Origin: Eledone cirrhosa
Lineage: Eukaryota
Reading direction: 5' to 3'
DNA: 64,000 nt
NCBI GenBank assembly: GCA_964016885.1
Contig: OZ024743.1
Span: 43,276,001 to 43,340,000 of the forward strand
Below, piece by piece: positions 52,679 through 64,000 of this stretch. Position numbers and translations under genes: made by a program. Position 1 is the first letter of the stretch; the number at the start of each line of letters is the position of its first letter. The notes below the pieces were generated by a model, which was given only the letters and a program-made list of their open reading frames with translations, was not told the origin of the DNA and made no database searches.

Positions 52679-55420
52679 ATATATATATATGTATATATAT
52701 ACATATATAAATAAAGACTGAGTGAAAGATAGAGAGAGGGCAGACATAGTGATGTTCAAATATATAGTTATAAGGAGTGATGGACAGACAGATACGGAAA
52801 TGTAAATGATGCAAAACAAAATTGCATTTATTGAGGACATACAATACAATATCCCCCGGATTACGGACCAGCAATTGAAAAACTTTAGTTCCGATTGATT
52901 AAACAATTAAATGGACGTAAGGGGAAGCTATAGCAAAACAAATAATTGTACATATAATTGTTGAATCTTTAGTATATTACATTATTGTTATAATATATAT
53001 ATGAGAAGAAATAATGTCTATGCTGCGACGACTGGGACACTCATTCTTTCAAGAAAGCCTACGCAGTGCACTATGCTTGTGTATGGAAGTGCACTGAAAC
53101 AGCTGGAGATTTTTAAGTAGTTCCGGTTTTATTTTCAGGAATGTTTAAAGAAATGTTGGGGCATCGACATATGTGAAACTCGGTCATCCTCTTCCAGTTT
53201 GGCCATGCAAGGGTCCCACAGGAGCACGGAGTGTAATGTAAACTCTGGATGTCAGTGAGCATGTCCAGCTAAGCTCAGTCTCCTCTGTGCTACTTTCGAG
53301 CTGATTTTTGGGAGGCTCCCGTACAGCTCTGAGTTCTTCATCCTTAATGTATACTGATTAATGTTCAGAGACATTCTCAGCATTCTCCTGTAGCACCCAT
53401 CCACCATCTTATAAATAAAATTACGAATAGAAAGAGCCGAATTGAGTTCATCCTAATGAGTTTCGATTATCATAACTTAATATGGTACGAAGCTTGGAAA
53501 TCTGTTAGAGTCGCTATTTCTCTGAATCAGGAGATCACAGCGGCAATACATCATACACGTGGCTAGATATTTTTAGGAGATCTATTTTAAAAGAAAAACT
53601 AGTCAGTAGGAGACCAGGAATTATATCATGAAGAAGATGTTTGAATAAGATCCGTGAGCTCTTTTCGATTGGCTCAGTGATATATTCAGATCAATTGTAT
53701 CAACGGAAAATGATTACTTCTAATAGGACTCATTGTAAAGCATGCTCTGCTCCCACGACACTCCGACGAATATGTAAGAATATAATAATAATAATAATTG
53801 TATTCTACTTTTGGCACAAGGCCAGGAATTACCCAGTACATTACGACCCCGTAAGGATGAAAGGCAAAGTTAACCTCGACGAGATTTGAACTCAGACAAT
53901 AAAGGGACGTAACTATGCAGGAAAGCATGGCGTCCAACTCATTACCGATACTGCCAATTCCGAAAGATAATACGCATTTAAGAGACAACAACAAAGCCAC
54001 ACAATGTCTATAAACAAAAGCACATACCGGATCGGTCGTCGCCCTTGACAACAAGGGCTACGTCTCTCGGGGAAGAATCAGCCTATCGTTGAAAAGCCTG
54101 CAGCTAGAACGAGCTCTTCTCCATGAAAATGGACACTTGATGTAAATGGCCACTTCAACGAGAATAATCTCAACCCAGGACTTTCAATTTCAGTCCCACA
54201 AGGAAGACAATATAACTTAACGTATCATATGGATTCCAGAAGAATATATAAAAATGATAAACGCATGCTTTCACTCATCTGGCAAACCATCGGAGTCAAA
54301 ACACACATTGATTTCCTTTAGGGTATGGAGGGAGAGGAATCCAGAAATGTGACCAGACCCGGGCGAAGAGAAACTTGCAAATGTAAGAAGAGATATGTTT
54401 AGAAACAAGTGACTCACAGATACAGTGTTGATTGAAATGAAGAATAATGTTGAACAAAATTTGAGAAAAATATTGAAATGTATGTGACAGAAGAGACACC
54501 ACAAAACGTATTGACTATGTTGTACCCAGGAGAGATTTCACGGAACATTGGGGGTATCAGAAACACGACAGTGTAGGGTTAAGCTGAAGGACTGATTGAG
54601 AATATGGATGAAGGTAGTTCTACTCATGAAAACAAAAATCAGATAGAACAAAAAGACAACACAACATTCTGAATTAAATTGTAACAAAATCATCAGTATG
54701 TGTGAAAGAGTGGCATTGCAACATTTACAAGCAACAACCAGAAAAAAAAAAAAAGAAAACTGGAAATCAGGCTGTTAAAACAATAATTGGAGAGATGGAC
54801 CCTGATATATCAGACGTGAATGATTTTATTTATGCAGCAGCAGCAGTGATAGAAATGACGTGTGAGTTAGGGAAAAGCGAAATGAACACAACACTTACAA
54901 AAATCCACTCTGAAAGATAAATATTGAGAAAGTAATTGAAATCATGATGGGAGAAATATCGATCTTGGATGGAGTATGTGCTGGAAAATCTGTCAAATCA
55001 AGATAAGGTAAGAAACGGGATTAAGAAATATAAAGTAATATCAAAACCTGATATTCCATCAATCGAAGGAATCATGAACTAGAAGTTCAACTGAAAGGTC
55101 AAAGAATCAGACGATTTAGAAGGGGAAATATGTGTTGCGGGTAAAACAAGCTATTTAAATCAGATGAAGAACGTTTTACATGTTGGAGCACATACAATTC
55201 AGGTAATGGAACCTCCTTCAATTCATAAAATTGAAGAATTTAGGAAAACGGTATGGTGTAAGAAAAACCTCATAATGCAAACGCAAAATGGATAAACAAC
55301 ATGGAAGAAGGATACAACAAAGTTGGATTTGACAAGACAACTATGGAAGAACTACAGCTGATTCTTAAAAAAGCAAACACATGGAACTCAGGCATTGATA
55401 AATTGCGAAACCTGTGATTA

Positions 55421-57593
55421 CACTGGTCTGCGATGTTTTCAAGGTCTAACATATAATACATGATTTTAGGCCAGTTTTTTGCACTGAATCCAAAAATCAT
55501 GCCCATTTCACTCAATCAGATCAGGTTAATGAAATATTAGCACATTAAAAATATCCTAAATTCCGATCTATTTGTAGGTGAATAAAACGCAATATTGAAA
55601 ATATTAGACTGATTTATTCACAGAAGGCTCACAAAATATTTTGAATAGATAGCAAGAAGAGTATAATGAACTAAGGAAGCTACTCATGGATGAATGGTCT
55701 CTTCAGGGACTTCTGTTTGTGCTGAGCAGACTGCGCATCCCTCTTTAGGCACCAGCAGTATTCGGCCAGAAAGTTGACATCCCATCGGCCTTGATAGCGT
55801 TCCTCCATAACACTGATATCTTGGTGAAAGCGCTCACCATGTTCTTCACTGAAGTCTCCACAATTCTCTGGAAAATAGTCCAGATGAGACCGGAGGAAGT
55901 GCATTTTCACTATCACGCGCGCACCAAGTTGGCGGAAATTCTCCATTAACTCATCAACCACCTTCTGATACTGGGAACTGCTGTGGTTGCCAAGGAAGTT
56001 TGCAATGACTGACTTTAGGGACAGCCAGGCAGAGAGTTCAGCAGGATTCAGTGCATCATGAAAACTAGTATCCTTGATGAGTTCCCTTATTTGAGGACCA
56101 TCAAATATACCTGCCTTAATTTTCTCCATGCTTTTTCGTTGAAACTTCTGATGGAGGAAAGTAAATCCTCCACCTTCCCTGTCCAATGCCTTTACAAAGT
56201 TCTTCATGAGACCGAGTTTGATGTGAAGGGTTGGAAGCAATATCTTGCTCGGTTCAACCAGAGAGTGGGACATAACGTTGTGTCATCCATGGCCACTCTT
56301 GTCTGACATAATGCTGGTAATCAGCACGGCTATCCCATAAGCACAGAAAGCATGGATACTTTGTGTAACCACCTTGAACTCCTAGGATGAGTCCAACAAC
56401 TTTAAGATCTCCACAGATCAACCATTTATGTTTCTGGTAGTTCAGAGCAGACAACAGACGTTCCATGCTTTTGTGGGATTCTTTCCTTTCAACTGAGTGC
56501 CCAACAGGGATCGATAAAAACTTGTTCCCGATATTCAGAAGAACTGCTTTGAGACTTCTGTCAGATGAGTCAATGAAAAGTCTCCATTCCATAGCATAAT
56601 ACTTCAGACCAAGTAATTCAATCAGGTCAGCAATATTGCTACAGTAGACCAGTGAAGATGCTTCATCAAACATGAATAATTTTCTATATTCTCTCTCGTG
56701 GTCCCGATACCAATAGAATGTTGTTCCTGGCGCCAGTAGACGTTTCTCTCGAAGACGAGAACCCAGTAGCTGGGCAGACTCCTTTAAAAGGTTCAGGTCT
56801 CGTGTCAGGTCATTGAGTTCGGCTTGGGTCAAAGGCACCGGTTGGTCGTCCTCTTCTGACCTGTATTCATCACACTTAGCTGTATCAATCATGTCACTAG
56901 ATTCGGAATCAGAACTAGATTCCATGGTGACATTTGGCTCAGGAACAGGAAGATCGGGGCCATGGGGGACTGGCCTTATGGCAGAAGGAACATCAGGGTA
57001 TTGAACATGGTGCTTGTTCTTGCGATTGATGCCTTTTAGATTTGTCATGCAAAAGTAGCAGTCGGTAACGTGATCTTTCCCTTCGCTCCACACCATTGGG
57101 ACAACAAATGGCATACTCTTCCTTTTCTTGTTCCTCCAATCCCGTAAGTTCCCTACATATGTTTTGCAGCAGATATGGGGAGCGAATAGCTTATCCTGGT
57201 CCCCTAGTTTGACTCCAAAGTAAGCGTGATATGCCTTCTTCACAAAATCCGTGATTTTTGCTTGACGCTCTGGAAGAACCACATGTCCGCAGATGTAACA
57301 GAACCTATTAGGATGGTTTTTACACTTCCGATCCATGTTTCTAGACGTGAAAAGAGAAATAAAAATAATTATTAGAGGTTACCCATGACCCTGTTTTGCA
57401 AAAGCAAAGCCCATAAACGCTTGGATTGCGATATTTTAGAAAAATATGCTGGAAAAGAAATAGACTATATCTTAGAAACCAGACCTGACCCAGAAAAATA
57501 AACTGTATTTTTGAATTCAGCATGCAACAAGGGTCCTAAATCATTTGGAAAACCCTTGACCTTTTTAAAAAAGTTTTGATATGCAGACCAGTG
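55421..57593 (-). mobile_element. Chapaev3-type (CMC group) DNA transposon, complete ends
   Basis: Perfect 11-bp TIRs CACTGGTCTGC (55421-31 and 57583-93) and a 3-bp TSD TTA on both sides, enclosing a transposase. Confidence 0.85.
55680..57336 (-). pseudogene. Chapaev3-type transposase, broken once near 56280
   Basis: ORFs 56254..57336 (FCYICG, GDQDK..APHICC, CYFC, WRLFIDSS, CGDLK, CFLCLWDSR) and 55680..56273 (LHIKLGLMKNFVKAL, KMHFL..H, SEEHGERFHQD). Confidence 0.85.
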
Positions 57594-58424
57594 TTATCTG
57601 CTCTAATTTCTACCATCATATCAAATCCTGAAAAAAACTCTTGATTGGTTTGCACATTATTGCTTATATCGAGAGAGATAATTATCCCCCCAAATCGTCG
57701 TTCAATCACTTGCCTTCCCAGAACATGTCTTAAATTACCTTCAAATTTATGGATGAACATTCTCTTTTCCATATTAAAGCAGAAAGGTAGTCTCCGCGAA
57801 TTTTACGTGTGCAAATACTAACCTATTAAACGTATGATACTGGAGAACTGTCATAACATATATAGAAATAAGAGTAGTGCTTTCATTGACTAAAAGAAAG
57901 CATTTTTCAGTGATCACCCCCTCATGGATTTTCAAAATGAGGATGTTCCGAATATTTACCAAGTAATATCAAACTTCCTGAAATACAACATGTCTATATG
58001 GAATACCAATCTATCATTTCCACACAGTGGTAGAACTATACATTCCAGCAACATAATTATAAACTATTGTAACTGTCATGGTGATTCGATTTCTCCTGAC
58101 ATTTTGCATTGCACTTACACTGCTCTCTTTACGGCCCAGAAATCAAAATATAGCTACAAAATACATCGCAAAAACCATAAGTCACCTGTTTTATATGGAT
58201 GACTTGAAGCTGTATGCCAAAAATGACAGCGAATTGGAAGGACTAATTAAGACAGTTAAGGTTTTCAGCGACGATGTAGGGATTGAATTTGGAATGGAAA
58301 AATGCGCCAAAGCAACATTCAAGGTAGGCAGAATGACATGCACAAATTCAATGGAAATAGATGTAAATACAGAAAATAAGGAACTAGAACAGAAACAATC
58401 CTACAGATATTTAGGAATCAATGA

Positions 58425-59100
58425 AGGCTTTCGACAATTTGTTCTCTTTTTGTGTAAAGCCCAAGGTAATGCATGGCCTTTTTTTGCTGCTGCAGCAACG
58501 AAAGAGTTCTTCTTGTCTATTTTGCTGTAACCGGTTCAGTGTTGGTGATGTTATCGATGTTGGTGTTGTCGTTGTTGGTTGTGTTGTTGTCGGTGTTGGT
58601 GTTCTTGCTGTTGGCGTTGTTGAAGTTGGTATTGTTCTTGGTATTTGTTGTCGTTGTTATTTTTACTTGTGTCATTGTGATGTTGTTGCTATCGTTGTTC
58701 ATGTTGTTTGTGTCAGTGTTGCTAAATTCTTTGTTGCATGTTGTGTCTGTAATTATTTTTGTCCATAAATGCGCTTGTCCCCCATCCTCTCAACGTTTAA
58801 GTCGCTATCACAAGAAGGCAACATAGTATTGGGTCCATGTTTCGTCCATTTTTCTAAATAGGCAAGAAATGTACAAAATTCAAACATTCGGTAAAAAGAA
58901 AACGAAATATTATAAATGTTTCCCTTTACAGGGCACAGATGGGGGTGCTAAGACCCTTATTCAAAAATAATATAACAATTAATGCGAACGAAAACCTTTT
59001 GAATTGCACTATCTTTTCGGAACTCAAATGACATATTCTTCACCGAATATGGACCTGGGTGGTCATTTGAACGGAGACTGCCTCACCCCGAGCTCTCCAA
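58425..59100 (-). mobile_element. Tx1 5' fragment (5' UTR plus ORF1 N-terminus), copy T4
   Basis: CDSDLNVER, an Asn/Thr run and KNSFVAAAAKK.PCITLGFTQKENKLSKA match T2 ORF1 CNGDLSVER...KNTFAAVAAAKRRPCYSIDLTNREEKLAQA. The 5' limit is approximate. Confidence 0.75.
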
Positions 59101-59149
59101 GTTACCCACATCAAACTCCACAAAAGTAAAAATGTAAAAGAAACACATG

Positions 59150-61785
59150 AACCCGGGAAAAGTATAAAGAAGAAATATACGCTTATTCCTATACATTAGG
59201 TAAGCCATCTCAGGAGAGACACACTGCAAGTTCTTACAAAATTTACAAATTCTTACAAATTCTTACAAAAGAACTCTAATTGGATGAAAACAGATTAGCA
59301 AATGTTAGGAGAGATATCTGCCGAAATAATATATTCCAGATACGGAAACACTTGCAATGAGGTAGGAAATGAAGAATCAGATAAATAGAGTAGCCAGCCA
59401 CAAGTCTTAATGGAAAAGTTGTCATCTGACAAAATCAGGCAAAGGATTCAAGAAGTAAAGAATTCTAATGGACCCGATGAAAATAACCTAGGAAGTGGAT
59501 TAGAAACAGAATTTGAAGACCAGGAGGTATTTGCTGAGAAACTGAGTCTATGATAGAAGGGAAGCAGAACATTCTGAAGCAGCTAGTAGTTGTAATACAA
59601 ACCAAAATATAAAAGAGACATTTTTTTTCTAACTAAAGCAATCATAGAAAATTTAGAACCTGATCATATTCAGTCAGATAAAATTATTTACGTATCCTTT
59701 AGGGTAATGGAAAATAGATGTATGCCTAAAACGAAAGAAAAAAATAATAATAAAACAAAGAAAGCCAAACATAAGAGGAAAGCCACAATTGAGAAGAAAA
59801 ATTGATAATGAGATTGAATCGATGAAAAACAGTAGCGGCACTCCGTCGGTTACGACGATGAGTGTTCCAATTTATACGATCAACGGAACAGCCTTTTGTG
59901 AAATTAACGTGCAAGTGATTGTGCATTCCTAAAATACGCGTATCCATAACGTAATTCTCAGAGAGATTCAGCGTGAAACAGAATGCGACGTGGCTGGTCC
60001 TTTGAATTACAGCTACAACTTATTTGAGCTAGCTGAGTGGACATGAACAACGTGAAATAAAGGGTCTTGCTCAAAGACACATCCAGACACCGGTAATTGA
60101 ATTGACGACCTTATGATCTTAAACCGAATAGCCAAACCACAAAGCCACGTGCCTTCACATTCATATTGAATTAATGGTAGGGGAAATTTCAGTATTAAAT
60201 TAACTAAGCTCTGTAAATAATGTAAAATCCATTAAAGGAAGAATGTTAAAGTGAAAATATAAATTTTCATCAATAAAATAAATGAAAACTTTGGTGAAAG
60301 AAGTGAAGGCATATAATGAGATTGTCGATTGGATCAAACGAACAGAAGAATCCTTAAAAAATTGCAACAATAAGCATAGGAAGAAATATCAATAGCAGAC
60401 ATAAGAACGGCACTCACAAAAGTTCATAAGTTAAAATCACCTGATAAAGATAGTGTGCCAAATTTCTGGCTTTCATCGTACACAAAAAGTATGTCCAGCA
60501 GTTTAATGAAATTATGAAAGATTCTGAAAAAAGACCTGACTGAATAGCAAGTAGTATTACTTACTACCACAGGATCATAAAACCACAGATCAATAAATCG
60601 ACCTATAATTTGTTTAACATATATTCTTATGTATGAAACATACATTTATGGCAGAGGACAATATTTATTCTATTGAACAAAACGTGTATAGGAGATTACA
60701 AGCAGTTCTGTAATCTGAGCTACAAATACCTTAGCAATTCCAGTTGTTAGTTATACATTTAATGTGTTGAACTGGAATATCAGTGATATAAAAAGAATTG
60801 ACACAAACATTCGTACATTGCTGACTTGTAATACGATGCACTGCCCAATGGCAAACGTGGAGCAGATTCACCTTCCCAAAACTCAAGGATGCCGAGGCTT
60901 GACCCATTTTATACTGTCTAGCAAAACGACAAGAACGGGACTGGTCACCAATCCCGGAGCAATACATGAATGGATGCTGTACTTCGTTGAAAAACATGAG
61001 AGTAAGAGGAAGCACCATTTTATTTTGAAAGAGAGAAACCAATTTGCTACTGATTTCATCACTGATAACCAGACTGAACAGATCGAGCGCACGGTGGCAA
61101 CTGTTGTTGCAACGGAAGTAAGATTAATAGTAAATAAAGAAGTGAGTGAACAACTAGCATCTAGTTGGGTGCAGAAACCAACCTGTACATGGCAATATGT
61201 GACCAGCAGGAAACACGCTGATGTTGAGCAGGAGCATATCCGTCACTGGGTACGTAGTTCAGAGCTAAACACATGGAGTGAATACTTCATCTTAGCTGCC
61301 CAATATCCAAGCTTCTTAATTCGGGACTATTAAACTAATGTGTTGAAAAATGGAGTAGATCCAAAGTGCCAATGCTGCAAAGATGCGATTTAATCAGTGG
61401 AACACGTCATCACTTCATCACTGGGTGTAAAAGTTTAGCACAAGTTGAGTATAAATCAAGGTATGATAGAGCTGACCATTACTTACACTCGTTAATATAT
61501 CGGTATTACAAAACAAAACTGCTGACAAGTTGTATAAGCATCACCCTTAGGCTGTAAATGAGGGAGAAAATGTAACGATTTAAAAAACGTTCCTGTACAT
61601 ACAGAGAGAACCATCAACACACAGATTATAGTAAATGACGAAAATAACAAAGTATGTTTATTGATTGATATGAGCATCACATATCATCACGAAGAATTTG
61701 AAAAGTACAAAATATTTGCCGATTAAAATTGAAAGAAATGTGCCAGGCATCTACAGGCGATCGCCTGTAATTGTGAGAATACTAG

Positions 61786-61790
<5 letters not shown>
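59150..61790 (+). mobile_element. second R4/Dong-like LINE relic followed by (GAA)n
   Basis: IKRIDTNIRTLL..HCPMANVEQIHLPKTQGCRGL..EYFILAAQ, then KCQCC..HFITGCKSLAQVEYKSRYD (zinc knuckle before an RLE nuclease). Confidence 0.65.
59960..60160 (-). mobile_element. tRNA-derived SINE inserted in the LINE relic
   Basis: Minus-strand head gtgaaggcacgtggctttgtggtt..gtcaattcaattaccgg followed by gtgtctttgagcaagac. Confidence 0.55.
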
Positions 61791-61817
<27 letters not shown>

Positions 61818-61960
61818 AGAAGAAGAAGAAGAAGAATAAGAAGAAGAAGAAGAAGAAGAAGAAGAATATCATGATGATGATGATGATAATGGTGACATTT
61901 GTCTACATATTTAAAAGTGTATATGTATATACATTGGCGCAGTCTCGATTAACCGCTGTA

Positions 61961-62029
<69 letters not shown>

Positions 62030-64000
62030 CGTTATTATTCATTTCAACCGTGAAGCGTACTTCTTACTATATACATTCATCAATTGACTACTACCAGGAC
62101 CGTTAATTAGATGTAAATTCATAGATCCATTTCGGGATACGACGCAGCGTGAATGGGTATTTGTGTCCATTAAATACGTGTTTACTTTAGCTTGTTTAGA
62201 AGATAATGATTTCATTACAAATCCTTAAATCCCGGTTTTAAATATACTCGTCGTTCAATCTAGGAGCTGAATATTTTGAATACTACAGAAACCTTCTCTC
62301 AATGGTTAGGAGTGCGGAAGATATACTGGACAGGTAAATTGTCGACCTTAAATTGATGAATGGCGAAATTGATTTCAGTTGGATTTGAACACCAGAACTA
62401 TTTCCTTCCAATCCACTTCTTACGTCTTTGCCTATTTGCCGCTTATTTTGAAGCATAAGGCGGAGTCAATACAATATATACTAGTCACGTAATGGTATTG
62501 ATATAATCTATCACACACATCAGAGATGAGTTTTGGCCCTGTGATATTTCAGAATTTTATCGATTATACCGACTCCTCAGAAAAAAAATCATTACATTGA
62601 ATTTATTTCAACAGGTGCATTCAAAGGGAAAATATCTACAACAGATATTTCCAATATAACTTGTCACAATGTATGTTCCATGTGGTTAATGGTTACTGGG
62701 AATGAGTTAAAATCTCATGTAAATTAAGGCAAGTAAAAAGAAAATAACAATTCAAATCTCATGCATTTAGCGACATATTTAGCACGTTAAAACTTGTTCA
62801 TGTGTTGCAATGCATTTAAGTATAATAATTGATGGTGACTTATTGAAATTTATCAATTATTGATCGCAAAATGCATGTGCTCTTAGAACGTATGCTTCAA
62901 TGATTACTGGATTTGTTGGATATTATGGCAGTTTCTCGATATAGATTATTAGAAAGTGGTCAATAAATGCATTTTCTTTCATCAAATTCTAACTACTAGC
63001 AGAAACCTCTATATATGCAAATCACATAATTTCATTGACAGTGCGTTGTGATATTCATACATACATCTTCCTCTAAATGTTAAAATATTTACATTATATT
63101 ACTAGAATATGTTATGTCATCTATGCCTCTTCATAATAAATATTATGATATGATATAGTAGTTATATATACACTTTCTTTTTGAATAAAGAATAAATCTC
63201 AAATTGTGTTCCCGACATCTCAAAGATATTCTGCAAAATATTACTCTATTTATGACAAAATATGTCTGATAGTCGCCAAATATGCGATGAACAGTTAAGA
63301 CATATATGTGTGTATATGCGCGCGACTTTGTATGTAAATATAGCCTAAATATTTCGAGAATCGTAGGCTGAAATGATCAGAATAGATTACAGATAACAAT
63401 GAATAGCAACAGAGTTATTCAAGTGAAATAAAACAAAGTTATGAACAATACAGTTCATGCAAATTCTATTTTAACTTTCTTGTGCTATAATTCATGTATT
63501 GAATATACTTAATGTATCACAATATTCAATCTGTTTATACGCTCGTATTACACTCGTTAAAATCACGTATTGTTCTTGTTTTCAATTAATATATGGCAGT
63601 ACTTCTGTTAACTTCTTTGTTTAGTTCCGATGGTATTATAGTAAGTCTTCTAGATGGATTTCATTATCAAATGCTGTTTGAATATAGAGTACAGTGTATT
63701 GGGTGTTGGTAGAAGTGAAAATATGCTAGTTTAGCTTTAATAGTTAAAATCTATTTTCCTCACTTTTGGAACCAGCTCGTCTATTATGGCTGCAGTATGC
63801 CAGCAGTTTTTAAACAGTGATTTACCGAATTGCATAATATATCCAACGATTCTTACGTTCATATTACGTCCGAAGGAAAAATATCATTGAATTATAATTG
63901 AATGCAATGTGGTTTGACAGGAAGTATACATTTTCATCGAGACCCCAGCGGTTGGTTGTTAATGTCATCCACGTCTAAATACTCAGACAATGAAAGATAA

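Larger units (their letters stand above)
53990..58428 (+). mobile_element. R4/Dong-like LINE relic, split by the Chapaev3 insertion
   Basis: GDSISP, ISHLFYMDDLKLYAKN..FSDDVGIEFGMEKCA, YRYLG. The upstream part is heavily decayed and the 5' limit is approximate. Confidence 0.7.

Noticed and set aside
62000-64000. Possible host exons in the unique AT-rich tail (e.g. ttatttcaacag|GT at about 62614)
   Set aside because: There is no open frame with a matching donor and no recognisable protein similarity.

Overview
AT-rich, microsatellite-laden eukaryotic DNA. The SINE repertoire and (TA)n/(CA)n density suggest an octopus or other cephalopod (inference). No complete host protein-coding gene is visible, and the window is mostly transposon-derived, possibly one large intron following a candidate ATG-bearing exon at 9260-9296. 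It holds three near-full-length L1/Tx1-clade LINEs plus a 5' fragment of a fourth, all on the minus strand; the three long copies sit in microsatellites. It also holds Penelope-like elements with hammerhead-ribozyme motifs, RTE, CR1 and R4/Dong LINE relics, Helitron pieces, a Chapaev3-type DNA transposon with TIRs and TSD, tRNA-derived SINEs and a U6 snRNA pseudogene. Main observation: in all three divergent Tx1 elements the whole ORF2 (endonuclease-RT gene) is bracketed by a perfect G|GTAAGT splice donor at the end of ORF1 and an AG acceptor at or just after the ORF2 stop, followed by an in-frame TGG. ORF2 therefore looks like a spliceable intron; this needs RNA data to confirm.
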